From an uncultured Burkholderiales bacterium (GTDB taxonomy: Bacteria; Pseudomonadota; Gammaproteobacteria; Burkholderiales; SHXO01), in NCBI GenBank assembly GCA_964386195.1, contig CAYLTE010000003.1, positions 99 to 64,098 of the forward strand: a stretch of DNA of 64,000 nucleotides, in the 5' to 3' direction. Position numbers and translations under genes: made by a program. Under the pieces are notes generated by a model. That model was not told the origin of the DNA and ran no database searches. It saw nothing but the letters and a program-made list of their open reading frames with translations. This document shows positions 42,353 through 52,374 of this stretch, one piece after another (within the stretch, counting starts at the first letter, position 1; every line of letters starts with the position of its first letter).

Positions 42353-43579
42353 ATGGCAACTGTCGCTGAACTTCAGTCCGCAGCTTCTGCGGCAGCTACC
42401 GCCACGCTGGCGCAGGCAAACACGTTTCTGGAGGCGTTGACTAACGCGGCCAACGTGGAGTTCAGCAACGGCTTCAACATTGATGAGTTGCTGCCGGACA
42501 GTTACAACTATGCGTCGGTGCCCGAGGTCAACTTCCCCGTGGTCGCTGGCGGTCTTCGCCCCACACTCTCTGGCCTGGATGTAGGCGGCGCGCCGGAAGC
42601 GCCGGCGGTGAGCATCATGGCCCCTGGCGATATTGCACTACCCGCGGACGATCTCCTGGCCCCCACCAACCAGTTCACGTACTTCGAGGCGGCATACGCC
42701 TCTGTGCTGCTGGATCCGCTCAAGGCCAAGCTGCTCGAAGACCTCACCAATGGTGGCTATGGTATCGACGTGGCGGATGAAGCGGCGCTGTTCCAGCGGG
42801 CGCGGGACCGAGAAGCCGAAGCCACGATGACGCGCATCTCCGCCGCCGGGCGAACCATGGCTGCCCGCGGATTCCCGCTGCCGCCGGGTGAACTGGCCGT
42901 GACGATCGACCGCGCGTATCAGGAGTTCCAGAACAAGGCGTCTGACGTGTCGCGCGACATCTTCACGAACAGCGCCGCGCGCTTCGTGGAGAACCGGAAG
43001 TTCACGATCGAGCAGGTCAAGGAACTGGAGCAGATCCTGATCGGCTTCCACAACTCCGTGCAAGAGCGCGCGCTGAACGTAGCGAAGGCAACCGCGGAGG
43101 TGGCACTGGCGGTCTACAACGCGCTGGTACTGCGCTACCGCACCCGTTTGGAGGCGGCCAAGATCGCGTCGGACGTGCAGCGCGACAAGCTGCAGGCCGA
43201 AGCGGAGCGCGCTCGCGCCGTCGTGGATATCTTCCGCGGGCAGTTGTCCGCGTATGAGGCCAATCTCCGCCGCGCGGTTGATACAGCCCGCATGCAGGTT
43301 GACCTGTACAGCGCGGATATTGCAGCCAACCGGAACCTGACTGATGGGTTGATCGCGCGAGCGTCGCTGCAGCAGAAGGTGCTGGAGGCGACCGTGCAGC
43401 AGAACATCCAGATCTCGGCCCTCGCTGTCGAAAACGCCAAGGCAAAACTGCTGGCGACTGTGCAGGGGCTGCAGTTCCAGACGGAAGCGGTCAAGTTCGG
43501 TGCGGAGAAGTTCTTCGCAACCCTGACTGCGATGTACGGCTCGATCAACAGTCTCTCGGTGCAGAGCGCCACGGAGTAA
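42353..43579 (+). CDS. internal virion/ejection-type coiled-coil protein (408 aa)
   Basis: ATG at 42353 (MATVAELQSAASAA...); long helical C-half. The 520-aa track ORF extends upstream through the preceding gene's end. Confidence 0.7.
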   Translation: MATVAELQSAASAAATATLAQANTFLEALTNAANVEFSNGFNIDELLPDSYNYASVPEVNFPVVAGGLRPTLSGLDVGGAPEAPAVSIMAPGDIALPADDLLAPTNQFTYFEAAYASVLLDPLKAKLLEDLTNGGYGIDVADEAALFQRARDREAEATMTRISAAGRTMAARGFPLPPGELAVTIDRAYQEFQNKASDVSRDIFTNSAARFVENRKFTIEQVKELEQILIGFHNSVQERALNVAKATAEVALAVYNALVLRYRTRLEAAKIASDVQRDKLQAEAERARAVVDIFRGQLSAYEANLRRAVDTARMQVDLYSADIAANRNLTDGLIARASLQQKVLEATVQQNIQISALAVENAKAKLLATVQGLQFQTEAVKFGAEKFFATLTAMYGSINSLSVQSATE

Positions 43580-43582
43580 CAA

Positions 43583-44863
43583 ATGGCACTTCCAAAAATC
43601 GAACCACTTACCGGCTTTGGTTATCAGGGGAATATTGACGACTTCCTCGCCAACCCACGCAACGCCCCCGCTGGTGCACGTGTCACCTCTACGACTCCCG
43701 CAACTCTGCCCGCAACGGGTGCAGGGTACAAGGCCGGCAAATTGCTCGGCAAAGCCACGCGGCTTGGCGCGAAAGTCGCAGGCCCGCTCGCCGGTGCAAC
43801 GCAGTTGGTCAGTGGTGTCGCGGACGCTGTAGCGAACGGGCCGTCCGTTAGCAATGCGATCCAGACCGGCGTGGGCGTAGCGTCCACGTTCAGCCCGCCG
43901 GCGCGCGCAGTTGCGACCGGGATGACGTTGGCCAACATGATCCCGGATGCCGCCTATAAGGCTGTACTGGGAATCAAGGACACGGACATCACAGGTCCGG
44001 CAACGAAGGAGTTCCTGGCACGCGGCGGAGTTTCTGGCGCAGCGGCCGGAGGTACCATGACAGGCGCCGTTGGGGGTGAACTCGCGGAGCCCGCAGCGGC
44101 ACCGGTTGCCGCGGAGAGTGCGGCGACACCAGTTACTATGGCACCTTCGTGGCGCCCCGCGCCGCTTCCGGGGCAGAATACTTACGTTGAGCGCCCCGGC
44201 GTTCGCGGCATCGGCGGCATCGGAGGCGTGGGTAATACGCAGATCTCGGGTTCGCCGGCGACCAGCACGAACATTGGCAACACAGCAGGCAACTTCATGG
44301 GGGCGCTGATTGGCCTCAAGCAGATCTCCGGCGACAATGCACAGAAGCTGGCGCAGCAGCGTGCGGCGGCAGCAGCACTTACTGCACAGGGTACAGCAGG
44401 TCGAGGTGCTGCGGCGATGGGCACGCTGCAGTTGTCGCAGCAGCTTGCGGCGGAGTACCTGAAAAAGAACCCCGGCGACTTTGCTGGCGCAGCGGCCGTG
44501 CTGCATGGGCGGTCGCAGGCCAGCAAGAAGACCATCCCGGTTGGGGGCGTCGGGATGAACCCGGCGAAAGATCCTTCGCTGGTCTTCGATCCGCAGTCCG
44601 GCACGACCTCGTTGGTGCGCCCGACGCAGGAGATCACGTTGGCACAAGCCGTGGCCAGCGCGAAGAAGGCGGGCACCTACAAATCCGACGCCCAGGTCCG
44701 TGCGGACCTCGCGAAGATGCCCAATTACAAACTCGTGGAGGACAATGCCGGCGGCTTTATTGCAACCGCTGAGCAGAAAGCGCAATCTGCCCGTGCGCGG
44801 GCCGAGTTCGACGCATTGCCCCCGCATGTGCAGGCCATGATTTTAAAACAAACCGGAAACTAA
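43583..44863 (+). CDS. internal virion protein (426 aa), Gly/Ala-rich
   Basis: Position just before the giant gene. Confidence 0.7.
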   Translation: MALPKIEPLTGFGYQGNIDDFLANPRNAPAGARVTSTTPATLPATGAGYKAGKLLGKATRLGAKVAGPLAGATQLVSGVADAVANGPSVSNAIQTGVGVASTFSPPARAVATGMTLANMIPDAAYKAVLGIKDTDITGPATKEFLARGGVSGAAAGGTMTGAVGGELAEPAAAPVAAESAATPVTMAPSWRPAPLPGQNTYVERPGVRGIGGIGGVGNTQISGSPATSTNIGNTAGNFMGALIGLKQISGDNAQKLAQQRAAAAALTAQGTAGRGAAAMGTLQLSQQLAAEYLKKNPGDFAGAAAVLHGRSQASKKTIPVGGVGMNPAKDPSLVFDPQSGTTSLVRPTQEITLAQAVASAKKAGTYKSDAQVRADLAKMPNYKLVEDNAGGFIATAEQKAQSARARAEFDALPPHVQAMILKQTGN

Positions 44864-44867
44864 TTTA

Positions 44868-47800
44868 ATGGCCCTTGATCCGTTCGGCCCGAGCGAAGGT
44901 CTCGATCCGTCCGTCCCCGTAGCTGGCCTCGATCCTTTCGCACCTGACCCCGCCGCCCCGGGTGCGTTCAGTAAAGGCATCCGTGTCGGCGTTGGCGGTG
45001 TCAAGTCTACACTCTACGGCACGGGCGCGCTTGCCGCCCGCGTGGTGGGGGCGAAAGATCTTGAGCAGGCCGCGCTTACTAAAGCCGCTGCAGCGCAGGA
45101 AGAAGTCGCTGGCGACATTCAGACGATCGAGCAGGTGGATTGGACGGATCCGAGTTCCATTGCGAACCAGTTCAAGTTCCTGCTCGGACAGGCGATCCCC
45201 TCGATCGCGACCACTGTTGCCGGCGGTGTCGTTGGCCGCGGTGTCGGCACCGCACTGTCCCGACGCATGGCCGCCCCGGCTGCCGCACAGGTACAGCGTG
45301 CGAGCACGATCGCCGGCGCAGCAGTCCCTAGTTTCTCAATGGGGGCAGGCAGCATCTTCCCGGAAGCTCTGGAGACTGGTGCTGAGAATCCTGCCGCCCG
45401 CGCCATTGCCGGCGGTACCGCAACCGCCGCACTGGATCTGCTTCCCATCCTGGCCGCTGAGCGTTATTTGAAAGCCGCCGGTAAAGGCGGGGTGGGCTCG
45501 CTACTGAAGGGTGCTGCCAAGGGCGCTCCGGTTGGTGCCGTGCTGGAAGGCGCACAAGAGACCGCACAGTCTGCCGTGGAACGCCTGGCCGCAGGACTGC
45601 CACTGAGCGGTCCCGAGGCACTGTCCGACTATCTCAACTCGTTTGCCGGTGGTGCCGTGCCGGGCTCCGTGATTGGCGCCGGTGTTGGTGCAGCCCGCGG
45701 GCGTCGTGGTGCACAACCCACACCCGAGCCGTTCCAGCCCCCAGCCGCGCCGCCGGTTGAGGAGCAGCCGCAGCCCCTGCCGGAGATTCTGCAAGGACCG
45801 GCGCTGGAGCAGCAGTTGTCTGACCAGGCGCTGTTCGCATCACTGAACCCGCCGGCAGACGTGCTGCCGCCCGCCCCGGATGCAGGCCCCGAGGTCACGC
45901 CGCAGCCTGGCTACAATCGCGCGATGGCGCCTGTGGCACAGGAGGCGGATTTTACTACGCTTGAAACGCTCCGGGCGCAGAAGCGCGATGCTGACGCGCG
46001 CCAGGCAGAACTGACTGCAGAACTGTCACGACCGGAAGGGCAGCGCCGTACCAAGCAGGAGATCACGCGCGAGCAGATGGACTTGCGTACCCAGATTGGG
46101 GCGCTTGATACCCAGATTGGGCAGTTGACACAGACGATCCGTAACCGCTTCGCCGCCGAGGATGCGGCTGCTGCGATTGAGGCTGCGCCGGATAAGGCGC
46201 CGGCGGCCGAACCCTTCTTCACCGAGTCTGGAGCGTTTAAACGCCCACAAGGTCAACCGACCGAGGCCGCGGAGCTTGAGGTCGCCCGCCAGAAACGATC
46301 GGTGGGCGCGTTGGTCTCCGCTCGCGAAGCCAAGCTGCTGCGGGATGCTGACCGGGCAGCACCGCCGGCGCCCGCAGTCATGCCGGTCACTACAAACCAG
46401 CCGCGCGAGCGCTTCAAGCAGGAGTCCCCGGCACGCCGTGCGGAAGTGATCGAAGGCGTGGCCGCGCAGTCGGTGGAGGATCACCTGAAGGGGCTCAAGT
46501 TCCGCAAGGGCACCGAGCCCCAGGCGGCCCAAGCACTGCGTAAAGCAGTGGCGGAGGCGGCGACTGCGCCGACCATTGAGGCCGCAGAGAAGGCGATCTT
46601 TGACGCTGCGATCAAGGCCCTGTCCGGCAAGGTGAACAAGGCGGACGCAGAGACCTTCGCGGAGAGCGTCGCCAAGGACGTTCGCTCCGCGCCGACGTTT
46701 TACTCGCAAGCCGCTGCCGCACAGCGCACTGACGTGATTGAGTTCTCGCACTGGGGCGACGCTACCACGCAGACCGATCCCGCGCGTATGGGCACCGGTG
46801 TCAAGGGCGCTGACTGGGCTCTCGCACAGGAAGTGGGGCTTCAGTACACCTCTGCCGTGGTCCGCGGTGCGCCGTACCGCGAGCCCGCGGTGCAGGGTAA
46901 GCCGGAGCGCGTGGGCACGCTGGCTGCAGATCGCGTTTACTCCGCCCGGACCGACGACCCGCTGCTGATCCAGGCGAAGGCAGACCTGCGTGCGCAGGGC
47001 ATCTTCAACGATGCGCTTGCGTGGATGCAGTATGCCAAGGCGGTTCGTGACCTGGGCTACGACGCGATGCTGTACGCCAATGGGCAGCTTCGTATCTTCA
47101 CGCCACAGCGCGTTCGCGCAGCCTCTCGCGCTGCTGTAGCGCCGAAGAAGCTGTCTGACCTGACGGCAAAGCTGGCGCCGATCGTAGCGACACATGCAGC
47201 GGCTGGCGGATCGTCCACCAATCTCGTGACAGGGCAGGATCTTGGCGGCACGGACAACTATACCGTATCGGTGCACAAGAACCGAGAGCGCACGTTCAAG
47301 CAAGCCCCGACAGAGGCGGACCTGCGCAAGTACGTCGAGGACAATGCCGACCTTCTGGCAGATCCGCAGAACATCCTGGGTACCTGGTATAACCGAGCGG
47401 ACAAGCTGCACTATGTTGACGTGTCCCGCACCGTGCGCGACCTCGCGACCGCACTGGACCTCGGGCGCAAGAACAAGCAGCACGCGATCTTCTACCTGGG
47501 CACGTTCGATGAGATCCCAGTGGGCAACGCGGAGGTCTACGGGCTGTCCCAACTCTACGCACAGCAGATGAGCCTGCCGCCGGCCGTCGCGCTGGAGTAC
47601 AAGCAGGTGCCGGTTGAGCGCATGACACTGGTGGCGGAGGCGTACGACTGGCTCCGCGACAATGCGACCGCGCTGGATGTTCGCATCCAGAACGTGTACG
47701 AGACCTTTGTGCAGGAGACAGAGAAGCAGTTCGAGTTCATCTCCAGGCACATCCGCATCGAACCGTGGCGCCAGGAGGGGCAGCCCTACGCGAACTCCCG

Positions 47801-50800
47801 CGCCATGATGGACGACGTTGCCAAGAACAAGCACCTGTGGGTGTATGAAGGTGGTGATCCGCATCCGTTCATGACGGCAGAGCAGAACTGGAAGTTCCGC
47901 GCAGTGCACGATCTGTTCGGCCACGCGAAGACCGGCTTCGAGTTCGGCCCCCGCGGAGAGTTCAACGCGACTCGCGCGCATGCGCAGATGTACACCGAGG
48001 AAGCCTGGCCCGCGTTGGTCACCGAGACGATCGGGCAGAACGCCTGGGTCAACTTCGGCGCGCAGAACGCAGGGCTTCCGGCGGCGCAGCGCGCGTATGC
48101 TGTGCAGAAGGCGGACCTGCTCCCGGAGAGCATGTGGCGTGACCTGCTGGAAGATCCGATCGAAGCGCGCGTCGCGTCTGTTGACCAGCACGAGCGAGTC
48201 ATGGCGGAGAAAGGTCAGCGACTGATCGACCGCATCCGTGGGATGATCGGAGACGCGCCAGTTGACATCAACGTGTTCGAGGCGAAGCCCGGGCAGCCGC
48301 TGGGTTACTACCAGGGGCGTGTCGGCAAGATGAAGGCAGTCATCGCGATGGCGACAAACGCCAAAGATGAACTGTCCATCGCGGACCACGAAGGCTTCCA
48401 CGCGCTTGAGGACATGGTGCTGGAGGGCCGCGAGAAGAGCATCATCAGTCGGCAGTTACGGCCCGGGGCGACACTGTTCAAACGCCTCGCCGAGAAGACC
48501 CGTGCGTATGACGCTGCGAACGGCACGCGACTGACGGACGAGATCCTGTCGGTACCGCAGGAGGCTCGCGCCTACGGGTACGAGTTCTGGCGTCGCGGTG
48601 AACTGCAGGTTGATGGCGCACTGGCAACCGTGTTCGAGAAGATTCGCAACTTTATCGAGCGGATTGTCAACTTTATCGACGGGCTGGGGTTCCAGTCGGT
48701 CGAGGATATCTTCCGCATGATCGAGCTTGGTGCGATGGCGAGCCGGGCGAAGCGGGCTGGTGGGGCGAATGCGCAGTACTCTCAAGCCAGTGCGGACGGT
48801 CAGATTACAATTACGCGCCCGGTAGATGGTTCATACAGCATAAAACTGAACGGGCGCGAAATCGGTACGGCGAATTTATCCGAGAACAAAGACTATCTGG
48901 TAAGCGTTATTATCGAGGAAAAATATCGGCGTAAAGGCTACGGTTCTACGCTGTATGATTTTATTGAGCAAGACATCGGCCGACGGCTGATACCAAGCCC
49001 CCGGCACCAATCCCCGGCGGCGAAAGCGCTTTGGGCAAAACGGAATAAGACCGCCGCCGACCAAACCAAAACAACCGCATTCAAGAAGTGGTTCGGCGAT
49101 AGCAAGGTGGTGGACGCCGAGGGTAAGCCGCTGGTGGTGTATCACGGCACGGTTGGCGACTTCGCTGAATTCAAGACTACCCGCACCGGAGAATTTGGCC
49201 CGGCAATCTACACTACCGCTGACGGTAACGAAGCCGCGCAGTATGGTGTTGGTGCCGGTTCTCGTCATCTGTCGCAGCCGCCAGTAAGCGTGATGCCAGT
49301 ATATGTGAGCCTGCAAAATCCATTTGTTGATGGCGTGGAGGCGTATTGGAAGCGCTTTGGCCGCGAGGACAGCACTGACGCAGAGGCTGTTCAGCGCGCC
49401 ATCGCCGCAGGCTTTGACGGCGTTATTGCCACCCGCAAGGAGTGGAATGATAAAACGCTGACGCACTACGTCGCCTTCAAACCCGAGCAGATCAAATCTG
49501 CCGTAGGCAACCGCGGCACGTTCGATCCGAAGAACCCGAACATTCTCTACTCCAAGGCCGCGATGCAGCTTGACCGGGAGATGGCCAAGGGCGGGCAGGA
49601 GCGCGCGCAGGAGTATCTGGCGGCAGCCGATCTCATCAACGACGCCTATCAACACGGCCCGGACAACGTGTTCAAGACCGCGTTTGGCGCCCTCAAGTCG
49701 GAACTCGGTGGCGACCTCTCTCGCTGGTTCAAGCGCAACATCCTGACACCGAACTTCACCAGCCGCTACTCGGAGGGCTTCAAGAACGTCTTCACGACGC
49801 TGAACACCTACGACCGGTACCGCTCGATCCTCATCAAGACCATGCTGAAGGAGAAGATGCCGGCATGGTACGACGCGTCTGCAGACGATCAGAAGGTAAC
49901 CTTCAAGGCCCTGCTGGACCGCACGGTCAAGGGCATGACGGTGGACTCCAGCGAGTACCAGGCGCTGATGGCGAACCTGACGACCGAGCAGCGGGCACTG
50001 TTCCGCTCGGCCTCCAGCATGATCGAGGGCTTCCTGCGCGCGGAACTGGAGTCGGACAAGGTGACCTATCGCCAGCTTCTAACCACCCCGGGCGAGTATG
50101 AGAAGTGGCTGGCAGACCGCACGACCCAAGTGCAGGAGATGATCGACAAAGGCTACGTCCCCCTGCGCCGCTACGGAGACCACACCGTCGTCATCATCAA
50201 GACGATCACCGGCAAGGACGGCAACCCGCAGGATCTGGTCGTCGCGCGCCAGGGCTTCACACGCGCAGCAACGGCAGAAGTCGCAGGCCAGATGTACAAG
50301 GACGAGATCGCGCGCACCGGTGCGGACCTTCGCGTTGAGGTGGGCTACCAACACAAGGCCGCCCGGGACACGACGATCTCGGTGCAGCAGTTCCTTGACA
50401 CCGCGCGCCGCAACGGCGTACCCCTGAACCAGCTTGAGCGCGAGCGGATCGTCAAGGCGCTGACCTCAGCGGAGTCGCTGACGCGAAACCGCATGCTGCA
50501 TCGCGAGGGCACTGCAGGTTACTCGGAGGACGGGCTCCGCGTGCTGAACGAGTTCGGCGTCGGCATGGCGGGCAAGATGGCCTACGCGAAGTTCGCCTCC
50601 GCCGTGGATGCCGCGTCTGAGGGATATCGCGTGACTGCCGACATCATCGACAACGAACCGATGATCTCCGTGGACGAGTCGATCAACGCGGTCACCGGCA
50701 AGCCGAACAATCTCTGGGCTGCGGAAGGCCCGAAGGCCGGCTTCCACCGCAACCTCGCGGACGAATTGACCGACTTCGTGCTGGTCCCCGATCACACGGG

Positions 50801-52343
50801 GGGATGGTCTCGCAACCTCCGTGGTGCGGCGATGATGTACTTCCTCGGCGGTTCCATCTCCGGTGCGATGGTCAACACCATGTCCGTGCCGATGCTGGTC
50901 GTGCCGCAACTGTCCATCAGCACCAACTACTACAATGCGATGGCGACGACGCTGTCGGCATGGAAGACGACCTGGGCGAACCAGGCGGTCCTGCGTGACA
51001 CCGCGAAGCTGAAGGATGCAGTGGCCTATCCTATCCCCGACATTGATCGCGTGCCGGGGCTGCGGCAGGCGCTGGTGCAGGCGGCGGAGGACGGCCGCAC
51101 GATGGACACCGAGATCCACGGTATCATGGGCATGGCGCAGGGCACGATGTACTCGCAGTCTCGCGGGGTTCAGCGCGCGATCGAGACCTGGATGGCGCCG
51201 TTCCGGATCTCGGAGCAGACCAACCGGATTACAGCGTTCATCGCTGGCTACAAGGTGGGGCAGGAGAACAAACTCACCGGCCGCGAACTGTACAACTATG
51301 CGGCGGAAATGGTTGATAGCACTCAAAATAATTATAATGAGTCAAACAGGCCCGGTATCGCGCGGAACCACATTTTCGCGCTGATGTATATGTTCAAGTC
51401 GTTCCCGATGTTCATGGTCGAGGCGGCGGTGCTGATGCACAAGGCCAACCCGGCGGCAGCCCGCAACATGCTGCTGGGCATGGTGGTCATGACCGGCGTG
51501 CAGGGCCTGCCGTTCGCTGAGACGCTGATGGACCTGATCGACACGATTGCGCAGAAGATCTTCGGCTCGCCGTTCAATAGCCGGCGTGCGATCCGCAACT
51601 TCGTCAAGCAGGGTTCGGAGGCGATCGTGGGATACGACCTGTCCAGCCTGGTGCTGCGCGGGGTCATCAACGACGTGCTGGGCATGAGCGTGGCCTCGCG
51701 GATCGGCGCGGGCGACTTTGTCCCCGGCACGCGCCTGGGCACTGCAGATGCGGAGCAAGGGCGCCTGCTGGAGGACATGCTCGGCGCCCCGTACGCGATG
51801 CTGAAGGACACCCTTACCAACGCTGGTAAATTGGTGGGCGGGGTCACCACAGGCGACTGGCGCGACGCAGTGGACGCGCTGCGCGCTGGCGGCCCGGTCG
51901 CGGTACGGAACATCATCAAAGGCACTGAGCAGTTGACCGAGGGCTACGCCTCCGACAGCAAGGGGCGCCGACTGATCGATGTGAGCACCCCGGAAGCCCT
52001 GTGGCAGTTGACCGGGATGGCGTCTGCGCGGCTCGCGAAGGCGTACGACTACGACCGCATCGACAAGCAGACGATGGCGTTCTACAGTCAGGTCCGCACG
52101 GACATGCAGCGGCAGTTGGTGAAGGCGGTTCGAGACGGCGACGAGGCCAAGGTGCAGGAGACTTGGGATGCTGCGCGCGCGTGGGATGAGACCTACCCGG
52201 ATATGCCGCTGCGCCTGAGCCCCTCGGCGATCCGCCGCGAGGTGGTGATGTCCGGGCTGCGGCTGGATGAGCGGACGATGCGCCTGCTGCCCCGAGCACT
52301 GCGAGGAACCAGCCTCGCGGCCGAGGGTATCGAAGGCGAGTGA
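44868..52343 (+). CDS. giant (2491 aa) multi-domain virion protein of the polyvalent / PLxRFG type
   Basis: One uninterrupted ORF. HExxH (ADHEGFHALED, nt 48387-48401). GNAT-like IIEEKYRRKGYGSTLY. ART-like block LVVYHGT...GPAIYTT...HYVAFKPEQIKSAVGNRGTFDPKNPNILYS. YVPLRRYGDH, a PLxR(F/Y)G motif (nt ~50160). Several hydrophobic helices in the C-terminal third. Confidence 0.9.
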   Translation: MALDPFGPSEGLDPSVPVAGLDPFAPDPAAPGAFSKGIRVGVGGVKSTLYGTGALAARVVGAKDLEQAALTKAAAAQEEVAGDIQTIEQVDWTDPSSIANQFKFLLGQAIPSIATTVAGGVVGRGVGTALSRRMAAPAAAQVQRASTIAGAAVPSFSMGAGSIFPEALETGAENPAARAIAGGTATAALDLLPILAAERYLKAAGKGGVGSLLKGAAKGAPVGAVLEGAQETAQSAVERLAAGLPLSGPEALSDYLNSFAGGAVPGSVIGAGVGAARGRRGAQPTPEPFQPPAAPPVEEQPQPLPEILQGPALEQQLSDQALFASLNPPADVLPPAPDAGPEVTPQPGYNRAMAPVAQEADFTTLETLRAQKRDADARQAELTAELSRPEGQRRTKQEITREQMDLRTQIGALDTQIGQLTQTIRNRFAAEDAAAAIEAAPDKAPAAEPFFTESGAFKRPQGQPTEAAELEVARQKRSVGALVSAREAKLLRDADRAAPPAPAVMPVTTNQPRERFKQESPARRAEVIEGVAAQSVEDHLKGLKFRKGTEPQAAQALRKAVAEAATAPTIEAAEKAIFDAAIKALSGKVNKADAETFAESVAKDVRSAPTFYSQAAAAQRTDVIEFSHWGDATTQTDPARMGTGVKGADWALAQEVGLQYTSAVVRGAPYREPAVQGKPERVGTLAADRVYSARTDDPLLIQAKADLRAQGIFNDALAWMQYAKAVRDLGYDAMLYANGQLRIFTPQRVRAASRAAVAPKKLSDLTAKLAPIVATHAAAGGSSTNLVTGQDLGGTDNYTVSVHKNRERTFKQAPTEADLRKYVEDNADLLADPQNILGTWYNRADKLHYVDVSRTVRDLATALDLGRKNKQHAIFYLGTFDEIPVGNAEVYGLSQLYAQQMSLPPAVALEYKQVPVERMTLVAEAYDWLRDNATALDVRIQNVYETFVQETEKQFEFISRHIRIEPWRQEGQPYANSRAMMDDVAKNKHLWVYEGGDPHPFMTAEQNWKFRAVHDLFGHAKTGFEFGPRGEFNATRAHAQMYTEEAWPALVTETIGQNAWVNFGAQNAGLPAAQRAYAVQKADLLPESMWRDLLEDPIEARVASVDQHERVMAEKGQRLIDRIRGMIGDAPVDINVFEAKPGQPLGYYQGRVGKMKAVIAMATNAKDELSIADHEGFHALEDMVLEGREKSIISRQLRPGATLFKRLAEKTRAYDAANGTRLTDEILSVPQEARAYGYEFWRRGELQVDGALATVFEKIRNFIERIVNFIDGLGFQSVEDIFRMIELGAMASRAKRAGGANAQYSQASADGQITITRPVDGSYSIKLNGREIGTANLSENKDYLVSVIIEEKYRRKGYGSTLYDFIEQDIGRRLIPSPRHQSPAAKALWAKRNKTAADQTKTTAFKKWFGDSKVVDAEGKPLVVYHGTVGDFAEFKTTRTGEFGPAIYTTADGNEAAQYGVGAGSRHLSQPPVSVMPVYVSLQNPFVDGVEAYWKRFGREDSTDAEAVQRAIAAGFDGVIATRKEWNDKTLTHYVAFKPEQIKSAVGNRGTFDPKNPNILYSKAAMQLDREMAKGGQERAQEYLAAADLINDAYQHGPDNVFKTAFGALKSELGGDLSRWFKRNILTPNFTSRYSEGFKNVFTTLNTYDRYRSILIKTMLKEKMPAWYDASADDQKVTFKALLDRTVKGMTVDSSEYQALMANLTTEQRALFRSASSMIEGFLRAELESDKVTYRQLLTTPGEYEKWLADRTTQVQEMIDKGYVPLRRYGDHTVVIIKTITGKDGNPQDLVVARQGFTRAATAEVAGQMYKDEIARTGADLRVEVGYQHKAARDTTISVQQFLDTARRNGVPLNQLERERIVKALTSAESLTRNRMLHREGTAGYSEDGLRVLNEFGVGMAGKMAYAKFASAVDAASEGYRVTADIIDNEPMISVDESINAVTGKPNNLWAAEGPKAGFHRNLADELTDFVLVPDHTGGWSRNLRGAAMMYFLGGSISGAMVNTMSVPMLVVPQLSISTNYYNAMATTLSAWKTTWANQAVLRDTAKLKDAVAYPIPDIDRVPGLRQALVQAAEDGRTMDTEIHGIMGMAQGTMYSQSRGVQRAIETWMAPFRISEQTNRITAFIAGYKVGQENKLTGRELYNYAAEMVDSTQNNYNESNRPGIARNHIFALMYMFKSFPMFMVEAAVLMHKANPAAARNMLLGMVVMTGVQGLPFAETLMDLIDTIAQKIFGSPFNSRRAIRNFVKQGSEAIVGYDLSSLVLRGVINDVLGMSVASRIGAGDFVPGTRLGTADAEQGRLLEDMLGAPYAMLKDTLTNAGKLVGGVTTGDWRDAVDALRAGGPVAVRNIIKGTEQLTEGYASDSKGRRLIDVSTPEALWQLTGMASARLAKAYDYDRIDKQTMAFYSQVRTDMQRQLVKAVRDGDEAKVQETWDAARAWDETYPDMPLRLSPSAIRREVVMSGLRLDERTMRLLPRALRGTSLAAEGIEGE

Positions 52344-52374
52344 AAAGCCCGTATAATGGATGCAAGGAATTGAC

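Noticed and set aside
44868-52343. That the giant gene might be an N4-type virion RNA polymerase, given the N4-gp56-type capsid.
   Set aside because: I could not find T7/N4-like RNAP catalytic motifs. It carries HExxH, GNAT-like, ART-like and PLxRYG motifs instead. A profile search is needed to exclude this formally.
52352-52357. Perfect TATAAT hexamer in the 31-nt gap after the giant gene, considered as a late internal promoter.
   Set aside because: The best -35 at 17-bp spacing (TCGAAG) is poor and there is no TGn extension. A single hexamer is not enough.
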